DNA of 64,000 nt from Lama glama (taxonomy: Eukaryota): positions 70,000,001 through 70,064,000 of the forward strand of contig CM052817.1 in the NCBI GenBank assembly GCA_028534125.1. Reading direction: 5' to 3'. Of the stretch, positions 51,621 to 64,000 are shown one piece after another. Positions within the stretch are counted from its first letter, which is position 1. Each line of letters opens with the position of its first letter. The notes beneath the pieces were generated by a model. The model was not told the DNA's origin. It ran no database searches and was given only the letters and a program-made list of their open reading frames with translations. The translations under genes and the position numbers were made by a program.

Positions 51621-54144
51621 ATGCATGGGAAGCACTTGAAATGGTGGCCGATAAGCGTCAGATATTACTACTGCTGTCTAATGTAAATTTTAACCTAGAA
51701 AACAGAAGCCAAAACATTCAGGATCCTGAACACTAAGACATTCCCTGAGGTTTTAAACTATGACCCCCGACTGTATGCATACAGATTTTTTAAAAATCCA
51801 GACACATTATTTTCCATCAAGTCCCAAGCTCTTCGGGTGGGGGTGAGGGGCAGGTGCAGCAGGTCCACAGAAATACCCATCTGCCCAGCCCCATAATTAA
51901 AAACAAGTCACCATTACAGAATGCAGATTTGTTTGAAGTTCATCGGAGCTTTACCAATACAAATTACTTTCTCCTGGTATTTCAAGCAATTATCACATTT
52001 AAAGTCCACTGGGGGAGGGGTGTGAAAGGGAAAGTAATGAGGATTTGTATCAGAACTGCTTTTCCCTTCAATTGTTTATATTCAGCAAGGGTGCCGAGCC
52101 TCCAGTGGGGAGAGGAGATGGGGAAGAAAGGCAGGTGGTAGTGTTGGCGGAACAGTTTTCCGGGTAGAAAATTAACATCTCCAAACAGTACGGAGTTGTT
52201 AGAGATTTCTGTCTGGCTACTTTGAGTGCAGCAACAGGGGTCACTAAGTATTATAATCATTTCCTTATGGGGCATGTTTTCACTTTCTAAAATTAACACG
52301 TTTCATTATTTTATGCTCTTTTCTCTGAAGTCAGAATTTCTCACAAGCATCACACAGTAGGGGCATTTACTATCTCTACAACATAATAGCTTCAATCTGC
52401 CCCTGGTGATACAACCATGCGTCTGTTGCCTAGAAGGTTGCTAACAGGATGGTTATAACTGTCTTTGGGATTGACACTTGTGCTGCTGGCATTTAATATA
52501 TATATATTAAGAAGGGAGGTTATTTTCCAGTAAGGAGGCAGGCACTTCAACGTTCTTTATTTCTTCACCCTCCTAAGAATGCTCCCCTCTCCACTTCTCT
52601 CAGGAAGTCACCCCAGCTAATCTATGCTCCCCACCCACCCACCACATGGGTGCTCCATACAGGCCTGCAGTGGTGCAGGGCTCACAGATTTGAGTTCAAA
52701 TCCTGACTCTGCATCTTTGTCTAGATACTTAACCTCTCTGTTTCCTCCACCATAAAACGAAAGTGTTTATATCCAACATCAGTGTTAATGGTACCAGTAA
52801 ATGTTAGTGTTACAATAAGGATTAAGGAAAATACACAGAGAATTTAGTAGCTGTTCAATAGTACATGGCAATTCCTCATATTATTTAAAAACTTGGATGG
52901 GTCCTACAACCATAATGTCTCTGAACCCTGACTGTATTGAGCATTTACGAAACTGGAAGAAAGATGGGTCATCATTCTATACGCTGAATTTCCTAAAAAC
53001 TGGGCAAATTTCCTCCAAGTTCTTCCTAAGCAGAATACAGGGCTAATTGACATCTTACTTCCCCATCACCCAGTATTTCCATAGGATACACCAAAGAACA
53101 CATGAGTCACAAAATGAAGAAGAGATCATTCACGAGGACGGCTGAGTAGCACCCCTATGAAGGTAAATGAAGGGTGTCCATCTGTGAGCTGCACCCTTGG
53201 AGGCGGACTCAACTCTCCACCTTCTTCCTTTCCCATCGTTTTTTCCTGAACGTACCTAAGGCTTTGAGGACTTCACAAGTCCTGTGTTTTCATCTCGATT
53301 CCCAGCACACTGGCCTGCAGCTGTTTTTTTTAAAGTAAGCCTGCTGAGTGTACCTGGGGACCCAGCCAGGAAACTGCACTGTTGGCTAACTCGTCCGCCT
53401 GTCAGCAGCCAGGCCAGCTGCGGAGGGGAGGGCAGGAGGGAAAACAAGAGAAGGCTACAAAAAGAGATTCTCTCCCCTTTGCAGCTATAATATAAGTTCC
53501 CAGCCCTGACTCTGACATTTATCTTCACCAGTTTACTTTGTAAGAGGGAGACTTTAGGATGAGACAGAGGAAGACAAGATGAGCAAGAAGGTGTTGGCAT
53601 ACTTAGATCTTATGCTTAAGGTGAATTGCTGGCACTAGAGCTTCTGACCCAGGAAATCGAGCCCTGCCCTAATTCTCTTCAGGGGTCAGCAGTTAGCAGT
53701 CAGAGTAGGCAGAAAGCTGGGTTGCTTGGAGATGGACAAAAACTGGTAATGATCCGTGAGCAGTTCAGTGGTGCTGGAATGTTGGATTGGCACCAGTCGA
53801 CCTAGAGCATGCTGACATTTCAGGAACTGATACATACTGCGTGGTTGCTAGGGCTTTAGAAACGCCTATCCCTGGACCCTACTCTGTGAGCCTATGATGG
53901 TTCTGATGTAGTCAGAGGAGGACCTGAGATACCTGCTTCCATCAGAAGAGGCCCAAGAAGGGCCAGTGCCCCTACAAAGGGCCCTCAGGCCTGAAGGTCA
54001 GTTTTTTTTTTTTCACTGTGTGCCCTAATCCCCTATATTGAGTGTTGTCATCCTGGCTTCTCACAGGCAAAGAGAATGTACATCTCGAAATGGTACCCAG
54101 GAGACTGTTGGCCACCTCCACCCACCTGCAGGCACACAACCATG

Positions 54145-54355
54145 GGATGGTGGTGAAAGATGGTGTCCAGAGCCAGACTGCCAAGGTCTGAATCTCAGCT
54201 CAGTCGCTTACTGTATGACCGTGGGCTAGATTACTTGCTCTTTCTGTGCCTCATTTGAAAATATGGGTTGCGATCACACTACCTAGTTCACAGGGTTGTG
54301 AAGGATTAAATGAGCTACTATTAGTTAAGTATCTGGATCAGTTCCTGGTTCATAA
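54145..54355 (+). mobile_element. MIR SINE
   Basis: AGAGCCAGACTGCC..GAATCTCAGCTC..TCTGTGCCTCA..CACAGGGTTGTGAAGGATTAAATGAG. Confidence 0.8.
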
Positions 54356-57274
54356 TATTGACATACATATATGATTGTTAAGTAGATAAAAGTGTAAAAA
54401 TAAATCAATATCTGCTGCACGGTAACCAACTGTGACTTGTACCTAATACAAATAAATGGCTTAACATGAACGCGGTACACCCTCCTCACTTTAAACCTAA
54501 ACCCTTTTATAGAAACGGCCCTCTCAGAAAGAAAGGCAGAATCAAGTCAGGATCTAACTCCACATAGTAAAGTGTATTCTGTCCCTAAGACATACTCCAG
54601 AGACTCATAAAGTACAGTTAGGCAAAATCAAAAAGGACTGTCAGAAACCGCCCCAGTGGACTGGAAATAACACTAGAAGAGGCAGGAGCCCAGGAATGGA
54701 AGCTGGGTGCTGCCATGAGTCCACGAGCTGTGAACTGGAGTCTACTCTGCAAATGTGAGAGGTTAGTTACTGAAGTGAAAAATATGCCATATGTTTAATT
54801 AGTGATACTGATGGAAACCGTTTTCTTTGTTTAATGTCATATGTGACCAAAGACGAAGAACTACATCCAGCCAGTAAATTCACTAACCGAGAATTTTTTA
54901 TTGGAAAATCAGACAGAGCAAGAACACATGGGACAGAACCTTTCTGATGAAGGCAAAAAGGAGGCAGGTGGGAGGGGTCCACCGGGCCACCGAAGCCACT
55001 GGGGAGGAGAGCCGCTCGGGTTTGGGTGGGACCACGGGGGACCTGGGGAGACTGTGTTAAAGGGTCAAGGAAGCACCTACGGAGCTACTGTCCCTTGACA
55101 TGTCCTGAAACTAACCTGCACACGAAGAAATTGAATTGTTGTGGGCGTGGAGGGGGAAATGGGGACCAAAGTCAGGGGCACCCACCCTGCCTGTACAGTC
55201 AGGCTCACCTAAAACATCCTGTTTTTGCCACAGATCACAAGCACCTTAACCCAAGTCTGCACCTAGTGCTGTCAAAATATCAAAACAGAAGACATCTACA
55301 AATCTGCTCTTCGAAGAATTCAACAAGATTTCCCTGGCACTCTTTAAAATGGGAGAAAGGGGAGATGCAAACAGCAATCGCCATGGGGGGAGGTCGGGGC
55401 CATGAATACAAGGTGGGTGCGTGTGTGCACAGGGAGGACGAAGCAGTACACCCCTCATTCTGCCATTTGGCCAGCTGTTGTCACTACTGCTTAGAATAAT
55501 CATTTTGAATAAAAGAAGGCAGATTCCAGTTGAAAGTTGGTCTGTTCTACTCTCGGCTGTAACAGGTTTAGCTCTGGACACTGAGCATATTTAAAAACCA
55601 CTACGTGAAGACAAAGAGTAAAAAGAAAGGCAACAAGTAAGTTTAAAGCAGTCTGGATTTCTTTCTCTTTTTGTTTTAAAAGGCAAGAATGCTGGGAAAC
55701 GTCAGGAAGTTTCAAATGCTCAACACTTTTTAACCTATTAGAAGTTTTCAAAAATCCATTTTTTCATTGTAGAAATTCAGCATATTCAAGCCAGTAGTTG
55801 TAAGTATTCAAACTTGTCCAGAGTATTAAGCATTCAAGCAAAACACGAACCATAAAAAAATTGTCTTTCAAAGGTTTTCTTTCTCCTTATTGTTAGCCCA
55901 CTTGATAGGCAAACTAACCTTAAAAATATTTTTAGTCAAGCAAAGGAACGTGAAAGGCCAAGCAAGGAGGAGGACCAAGCCTGCTGAAATGACAGAGGTA
56001 AAAAAAAGCAATTTGTATGCAGAGCCAAAGAGTGGTATCACCACCATCATTGTTGTTGTTGTCCATACAGCAGGATAATAAGAAGTATAAACTGGGTCAT
56101 TCCAGAAAATGGTTTTTGCAGGAAGGTTTTCATCACCCCTACCACCCCAAGGGTCCTCTGTTAAAGACGAAAGGTCAAAATGAGGAAAACAGTAAAGGCA
56201 CAGATGTGAAAAGGCATACAATTTGGGGAAACAGCCCAAAGTAATAGGAAAACAAGTGTTCTCTAGGAAACTTGGAGACAACTTTGGTGCCTATGAGCAG
56301 ACAAACTCCATTAGCTAAAGATTCCGGATTTTAATGATTAAGGAGAGACTCTGAATAGGACTGAGCAGTGGCTAAAGGGCAAGGAAAACACCTTGTGCCC
56401 TGGAGAAGGGTTTACAGAGGGCAGTTAGGACCTCTGTCAGAGGCACACATCATATGTGATATATCATTTGTCCTTATCAAAGAAATTGCTTTTTCTGTGA
56501 ACTGGCCTCTCAGCAGTCCTGCGCATGGTGAGGGCAGGGGCTTCCCGTCTAGCAAGAAAGGGATGGGAGAGACTTGTTCCCTCTGGCCTGTCACGGACAA
56601 CCTAAGTCCAAGAGGCTGAATTTAAAGCAATTTATTTTATTATCCATTTTAGATTATAAGCCGTCAACAAAAGGTCCCCTTCCATTTATATATACACATA
56701 TATACACACACTGGTGTAACTGATACATTCCTCCGTTGAAGACAGAAAATCTCTACTGGCCATGCAAATACCCAACTTTACACTCTGGAAATGAGCTGTC
56801 TAAATAGATCAGACCAACAGGCACAGCTTAATGTATGTGTTACCCTGAGGGTAGGAACAGGAGTTAAGTAGAAACAGTAAAAAGATCTGATGAAGAGAAA
56901 TTAGATACAATTTGGCTTAATACTGGGAAGCTACCTCCTCTCTCAGTGGCCAGGTCATTCCTTGGCTTTGTAACCTTGATAAAATTTCTATTTAAATATT
57001 ATTTTAAAGTGGCTTACTTTGAGGAGATAATGGTCTTTCTAGAAACAATTTTGCTAATAACCCCAAAATTGGTAATGCTGAGCTCTCCATGGAAAATAAA
57101 TTAGTAACTGATGCCCACAGTAAGAAAATTGCTATCAAAACGACAGGGCACAGCTGAGGTACTTATCATTTGGAAGAGTTTTAAGAGAGAAAGGAAGAGG
57201 GTTTAGTGGCTGCTGTAGAAATACACAAGACTCCAACCTCTCTCTGCTGATGGAATATACTAGAAAGAAACAAT

Positions 57275-57320
57275 ATGGAACAGAAAATGCTGAAAGATGG
57301 AACAGAAAATGCTGAAAGAT
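57275..57320. repeat. Perfect 22-bp tandem duplication
   Basis: ATGGAACAGAAAATGCTGAAAG at 57275-57296 and 57297-57318. Confidence 0.95.
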
Positions 57321-58620
57321 TGCACTGCAACTTTTCAAGGAATCAGAGCAGTGCGAGACCTTGAAATTCATTTAATTCTGTCCTTGCATTTTTCGAGTGA
57401 GGAAACAGGCCCAGAGAGGTTATGAAGTCTGCCTGCAGCATATACAGAGACGACTGAGGTACACCTGTGGTTTGAAGACCTCAGGCCAGGGGGTACCCTC
57501 TCCATTACCCTGCTTTCCCTCTCTCTATTGAGAAGCAGTTATGGAAGAGCTATTTCCGTAGGGAGAATTGAAGTCACTGACTATGACAGAAGGAAAAGAA
57601 ATGGTGGCTGCAATTCTAAGTGAAGCTATAGACTCACTGATGTGCGCTCACACCCAGGTAGGATTTTGATCTTCAGGTAAAACAGACAGTAGACCCTGAT
57701 AACTAAAGTGGTTTTGTGGAATCAGGACTGGGATCCAAACAGTGGAGAGAGCAGGGGGATGTGGGCTGGACTCAGCTGACAGGATAGAGAAGCAACAGGT
57801 AAGAGAAAAGGGTCCAAAGAGCCCTTTGTGCCCACTTAAAACTGCATTTGCCCACAGTGCCCCAGTTCACCTCACCACGGCTGCACAGACAAAATCTACC
57901 TTGGAAACAGCAGCGCTGTGAGAGCCTTAGCTCAGGGCCACCCGGGACCGTGTGACTGAAGCTCAGCACCATGTCTGAGTCCTGGTTTCCTGCTGTCTGT
58001 GTGAGCCTGGCTGCATTAACCTCCCTGTGCCTCAGTTTCCCATGAAGTATCAGGGATCTCCTTCGTAAAGTTAACAGATCCAGAGTGCTGAGAACGGCCC
58101 TGGGTGTGCGGTGCTCACAAAGAGAGGACCTGGCCCCGTGCACCGCTCCAAGCCCACAGCCCCTGAGGGTGGCAACACAAGTCTTCGAGGTGCTGCTGCA
58201 CAGAGTCACACTCACACGTCCTCTTTTCTCTGAAAGGTTAACCTTTTCGTCTGAAAGACAATTCGGTTTCTTTCTTTTAAAAAATCAGCTTTTGTTTCTC
58301 TTTATTAGAATCCTCAACTCATGTAAAACATTCAGAAAATCCAAATAAAAGTGAAGCAAAACTACCTGATGTCGGCACCCAGAAAAAAACACTTTAATAC
58401 AGAGATAAAATTCCTTCCCATCTTTTTTCTCTCTTATGGTTTCACACACATACAGTTATTTAAAAAGCAAAACTGAGATGTTGTTTTGTAATCTAGTTTT
58501 TTACTCAATACGTTGTGAATATATTCCCTTGCTGATAATGTATTATGATACCACTTTTGTATTTGTATCATAATTTTCCATTTGTTATCATTTTTTCAAA
58601 ATTTTTTTCTTTTTACATAT

Positions 58621-58744
58621 ATTTATTTTAACTTTATTTATTATTTTTTTAAATTTTCCCTTTAATGGAGGTGCTGGTTATTGAACCCAGGACCTTGTGC
58701 AAGCCGAGCATGCACTCTACCACTGAGCTATGTCCCCCACCCCC
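58621..58744 (-). mobile_element. tRNA-Ala-derived SINE
   Basis: TGGAGGTGCTGG..ATTGAACCCAGGACCTTGTGC..GCATGCACTCTACCACTGAGCTA, preceded by a T-rich tail. Confidence 0.85.
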
Positions 58745-59324
58745 TACAACTTGCTAACATCTTTGATAAGACTTGCCCTCTACCTTCCTATTCTCACCTT
58801 TTATATATCCCAAAAGAAGACAAAGTCTAAGAGTTAAAACTTCTGATGGTGACCCCCAGACAAGAATTCTCCCTTAGGTTGTGTCCCAGCTCAGAGGAGT
58901 CCTGGTGCTAGAAAAGCCTCTCCCTGTAGTGGCCAGAGCTTCTGTAGTACAGGCTAGGGAAGGGCAGCTGCTGCAGCCAGCTGAGCATCACAAAGCCAGC
59001 AATGCCTGACCTTTTGCAGGGCTGTGATCTAGCAACCTCCTGCTGGGAGCTAACTGGCTGCTAACTGGCTGGGGCTGCTGCAGGGGACAGAAGACGCATG
59101 AGGGAGGAGAGCAGGAGAGAGTGGAGGACCCTCCAGTGGGCAGTGGCCAACCTCCTGAACCAGACTCAGAATGTCCAGCTGGAAAAGTTTCTTAGAGCTC
59201 GCCTACCAACCCCACATTACAGAGATAAGAGAACCAAGGCTCTAGAAGATAACAGGACTTAATTAGTACTTGTGAAATACAACTTAATATTAGCAAGGAC
59301 AACAGCCACAATTACTACTACTAC

Positions 59325-59545
59325 CATTTGGAGCATTTACTCTGCACCAAGTACTGTGTTAAACAAATGTTTAATCCCCACGACAACCCTGTGAGATTGC
59401 TATAATTATCCCCATTCTGGGAGGTGGTAGCGATGAGTCTTGGAAAGATGAAATGAGTTCCCTAAGATCCAACAACTGGTACATGGCAAAAGTAGAGTCA
59501 AGTTCAGGTCTGGCACCAGAGTACAGGCTCCTTCCAAGCACACTG
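59325..59545 (-). mobile_element. MIR SINE
   Basis: GAGCATTTACTCTGCACCAAGTACTGTG..TTAATCCCCACGACAACCCTGTGAG..ATTATCCCCATT. Confidence 0.75.
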
Positions 59546-60896
59546 TAAGGGTGATTAATTATTATCTCCACTGCACTGGTTTTAAAAAGATGACTGTCTA
59601 AGTACTCACTGTTAATTTAGGAGCTGGCAAAGAATTCACGCTTTCATCTCTCTAGTTATCTTTTTACAAATCCACATTTCGCCATTTGCTAAACAATGAC
59701 ATAAAAATACTCAACAGATCAATCTAATGGCAGTCAACCTCCACACATTTCACATAATGGTTCTGATAACAGATTGAGGGTAAAGTTTAGGCTAAATGTG
59801 AACTACCAACTGCAGTGCTATGGCTGAACTAGGAAGGAGGATGGCAGACTTGATAAAACACATGCTGCCAGTGAATGACAAATACAAAGACATTTCTTCT
59901 AAACTTCTAGGCCGCTTCAGGTTTTGAAAGGCCTCAGGCCAGGGCCTCTCCCAAGGACATAATTACCATGCTTCTCTTAGATGATTATCAGGTAGAGGAC
60001 AAAGATTTCAAATAGTTTGTTTACTTATTTTTTTTAAAGGCAGAGTCTCTTCTCAGAATGACTCATGTGAGCAAGTTAAACAAACAGCTGTGGCAGGAGA
60101 TGGCCACTGCTGCCTGGTTTAGTGGGTAAATGCGCTGATCTGTGAGTTAATTAGATCAATCTTGACTCATTTTCTTTAATGAGACAGTACAACCAACATC
60201 CACCCAACCTGTTTTCTGGGTTTTGTTTTACACACATTTGTTGTTAGGATCAGATCTGTTCTTAAGCTTCTTTTTGGTTAAAGCAAAAACTTTGTAACTT
60301 TTTTTTTTCCAAACATGTGTGTGCAAGCGCATGCTATGCACCCTCGTGAGGGAGCTGTACTTCACTGCATGTGGTTTGTGATCACTTTCAAGTAACTTAC
60401 ACCAAAGAAAGCAACATGAAAATAAAATTTAAAAAGGAAGATTTTATTCAATACCTTTGCCTTCTCATTAGATCAGCTATGTATATCTTAAATGCAAACT
60501 GTGCAGCAGAAAAGTGGGCTTCCTAGTCTTAACGGCTTTTTTACTTTCTGGAATATTGTATAGATACACAGTAAGATGATTTTTCTCTTTCCTACTCCCA
60601 CCTCTCTTAATTGTGCTTGTGGAATTCTGAGGTCTAAAGGCCAAGAGGAAAGGTTGTGATCACAGCCCTGTCTGTAGAGGTGAAGACCAACTCCCACATT
60701 CAGAACGAAAACTCAAACACCAGGTTACCGAAAATCACATACCGAGGAAAAAATCACGTCTTCGGGTTCTAACTCATTTGTTGTTGGGAAATTTTCTTTT
60801 TTACTTTCATTTAGAAAAGATCATTTCTATTCTTGAAGTGAAAAAGAAAAAGTGAATGAAGGGCCACAAATGGCAATCCTTGTTTCTTATGGGTCA

Positions 60897-60978
60897 TTTG
60901 TATTCCATTACATATACATATATGCTGCATCTTCTTTATCTATTCAACTATTGATATGCATTTCTGGATTTCCACACT
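60897..60978 (-). mobile_element. Short L1 fragment
   Basis: GTATTCCATT...CATCTTCTTTATCTATTCA.CTATTGAT is the reverse complement of the L1 ORF2 end. Confidence 0.55.
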
Positions 60979-63514
60979 CTTTTCTCTGCAAGCAATCTGT
61001 CCAAAATCCAACTTGGACCTAGGACTAAAATTTAGATTTTCTAACATTCCTTTCTATGTATTACCAGATTTGTTCCATGTATTTTAATGTAGCACTATTG
61101 GTACCAAGCTGTGGGAAACATTATTTTTGACTTGTTAAATCTGAAATCAATTATCTGCTGAGAGGCTAATCATATGGAATTTAGCTCCTTCCAATTTACA
61201 ATTCTAAATACCAACATATTTTCCCATTGTAGACTAGCAATTATTTTTCTCTAGACTAATGCACTGAGCTTACTAGTATTCATTATATTTACCAGTTCAA
61301 TATAATTCAGTCATTATCATAACAATATTACAGTGGAAGAATTCCAGCTCTCTTTTAAATATATCCTGCCACACATTATCATTTTTAAATTTCCCACTAT
61401 TACAGTTGAAATGTTTAGTGTTTTAGAATTTACTTGATAAACTACTGAAAATCCGTGAAAATTCAGCAGATATCTACATATTATTGATAGTTTATATGGT
61501 ATTAAGATTTTGCAACTTTGAGGTCTTTCAGAAAAATCATTTGTTTTCTGCATGACACCACCTTAGAATCTTTTTTTTTTTAAAGCGTATGAATTTGGAA
61601 AATAGTTCAGTAGTCAAATTTTGTAAACAACTGACCCTACAACAGATGGTTTAAATACAGTAGTGTAAATGTGCTAGTTGTTTTATCTATTCCCTTTATT
61701 GAAGTATTTAAGACTATTTGCCCTTACATTTAATTATTGTATTATAAGAATTTTTTTGTTGCATTCTTTTGGGTATTATGGCAGGGAGTGTTTCTTTACA
61801 GAAATCACTGAAAAACTACAGGTTTGACATGAACTAAATGAAAATTACCTATGGCTAGCTATTCAGTAGTGAATGTGCAGTTTTACCACTAAAGAGAGGC
61901 CAAAGCTTGCCTGAAACTTCCATTTAATGTAATCCATAAAGGCTGATTAAATCTATCATAGTTCTGTATTATTTAGAACTCTAAGTTAAAAAAGTTACTA
62001 ATCATAATAGTGCGAACACTGATCATATTTTTTACCCCTCCCAAACCAACAAAACTACCCATAACCTCCAATTCTTAAGATTTAAGTTCTTAGATGAACA
62101 TGAGACAACTTTATTGGAATGGGGTAATTTTTTGTTGTTTGTTTCAGGAAATGGTCCTATTCCAGAGTCCAGTGCTCTTAATTATGTTCTGGAATTCTCT
62201 CATTTTCTACCAAGAACTTAAAGCTCCAATTATAAGTTTCTTAAATTGTAATAAGTTTTATACACAAATGTATAAAAAAAAAGTTCTAGATTTTTGACAA
62301 TAATGAAAAACAGATATGATAGATACTTTTAGTAAGTGTTTAGAAGTTTTTTAAGTTACTTATGTCAACCTTCCCAATAAAATTTTTCATCTAATTAGGT
62401 CCTCAACTGATTAGTTTGAATTTGACCTTCCTGTGCCTTTTGATATGTACAAAAAAGTGTGATAGGGATGAAAGAAAGGTGGGTAAAAGGATCAGAGTTA
62501 GGTTAAGTCATAAATAGAATAATTAATCAAGACTGTAATAGTTTCTCAATATACTCATTTTTTATCCTTCTTAAAAAACGAGATGAAAACTGCCATTCAC
62601 TTACTGATTTATCATTCACTGACTTGTGTTTATGTGGCTCAGTTTTAGGGACTAATCATACAAGGGTGGTCTCTGTCCTGAGGAATATGTGCACAGTCTA
62701 ATGAGAGGGATGAGATGTAAATTAGTAACTTTCCATACAATGTGGAAGATATTATAAGTGAGGCATGAATTAAAAAAAAATTCTACAGGTGTATTAAGGC
62801 CAACTAGGGCTTAAGAAGATCTTAGGAGACGTGACATGTAAGCAGGGTCAGTGGCCAAGCAGGAGTTTTCCACGTAGGGGAGCATTTTGGCGGAAAGAAG
62901 AGCACACTGAAACCTGGGAGAGGCTCGTGACTGCACCTGTAACTTCCCACCTGACAAAGCAATTCTTTGAATTATCCTTCAGAAGGGCTCCTTATGTTAC
63001 CTCAAAGTCCTCCACGTTAGGGGGACTGATAAGGAATGAAAGACATCTAAAAATTGCTACTTCATCTATAAAGTTGTGTTCCTAAGGAAATGCTGAGCAC
63101 GTGAAGACTCTATATAAATCACTGTAGCTGAATCTCATGTGAACATCCAGAGAGAAAGGCTGAAGAGAGCTGGAGGGAATGGAGGTAGAAAGAAGCAAGC
63201 CAAAGGTTCACTGACGGTAAGAAGTTATTTACAGTTACCCTTGTGTTGTAAATTTCAGGTTTTCCCTTTTTCTCCATGGATTTGAAAACCACCCATCAAA
63301 CTACCTCAGGGACTATAGGCAGCGTCTGGAACTGATCTTACAGCACATCCCACTCAACTGAACGTGTACTGTAGCTGCTTCTCACTTATTGAAGCAGAAA
63401 ATGTATTGCAGCACTCTTGCCACTGTCAGGAATCAGAGATTTTAGAAAAGTAAATACATAGTGGGGAAAAAGGAGGTCACAGAGAACTTACGGATGTATG
63501 GAGAACAACTTGTA

Positions 63515-63625
63515 CCAACAAGGATTTACTGTGTAGCACAGGGAATTACCCAGTATCTTATAATCACCTATAATGGAATATAATCTGCAAAAAAACAAAA
63601 AACAAAAAACAAAAAAAAACAACCC
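63515..63625 (+). mobile_element. Short L1 3'UTR fragment with (CAAAAA)n tail
   Basis: CAACAAGGATTTACTGTGTAGCACAGGGAA..CCAGTATCTTATAATCACCTATAATGGAA resembles artiodactyl L1 3' ends and the L1 3'UTR near 40420. Confidence 0.75.
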
Positions 63626-64000
63626 CAAAAGACCAACTGAAGGCTGAACTGTGGGAAATAGGGATTTAAAGTTTTAAGTGTCTGGGACCAGGCAACGAGA
63701 ATGAGGTCAAGGATCAGTTGTCTGTCCTTGTGTCCTTTTTTCTGGGGCTTTTGACCATGGCCCTGAATCTTCTCTGTAGGGTCTAGTGCTGGACATTTCA
63801 ATCCCATAAACCCTATTTCTTTATCTTTCTAGCCACTGGAGGTTTGCTAATGCAACATATGTAGAGTAAGTTTTCACAATATATGATTGCTGGGGAAAAA
63901 CGGCAAATGAATTATGTACAGTTCTCAGGAAGAAACAGTACTCTCAAAAAGAAATGTACATGCAAATCCTAGTACAAAAATGACAGTGGTCATCCACTGT

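Larger units (their letters stand above)
28575..64000 (-). other. LEF1: LEF1 intron 3 (partial, >35 kb)
   Basis: No LEF1 N-terminal coding sequence is recognisable upstream of exon 4. The region is repeat-rich, and mammalian LEF1 is known to have a very large intron here. Confidence 0.9.

Noticed and set aside
699..63807. The many 60-157 aa ORFs in the track as independent genes
   Set aside because: Apart from those overlapping LEF1 exons or L1 ORF2, they have no recognisable domains, often use non-ATG starts and are of the size expected by chance.
1..64000. A novel multi-gene or prokaryote-type system (CRISPR, operon, defence locus)
   Set aside because: The window is mammalian intron/exon DNA explained by LEF1 plus repeats. 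There are no repeat-spacer arrays and no long ORFs.

Overview
This is mammalian genomic DNA, most likely camelid, judging from the tRNA-Ala-derived SINEs and the artiodactyl-type L1 3' ends. The whole window lies inside LEF1 (lymphoid enhancer-binding factor 1), transcribed on the minus strand. Eight coding exons (4-11 in human numbering) can be read with canonical AG/GT boundaries and compatible phases. Together they give 786 nt, or 261 aa plus stop, covering the context-dependent regulatory domain, HMG box, basic tail/NLS and the B-type C-terminus [11 protein letters not shown]. Positions 28575-64000 are part of the very large intron 3, and 1-7686 are the intron after the stop-containing exon; exons 1-3 and the terminal exon are not in the window. 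The rest is ordinary intronic sequence with a truncated L1, older L1s, four SINEs, MIR/L2, hAT transposon relics and a MaLR LTR. I found no support for a new biological system or a second protein-coding gene. The best leads are hypotheses: a donor site reconstituted at the exon 9/10 junction that would delete the basic tail in frame, a candidate poison exon in intron 3, a duplicated motif after cassette exon 6, a local ~150-bp duplication, and several TF-motif clusters including TCF/LEF sites. Repeat family names come from recalled consensus sequences, not a database search, and repeat boundaries are approximate.
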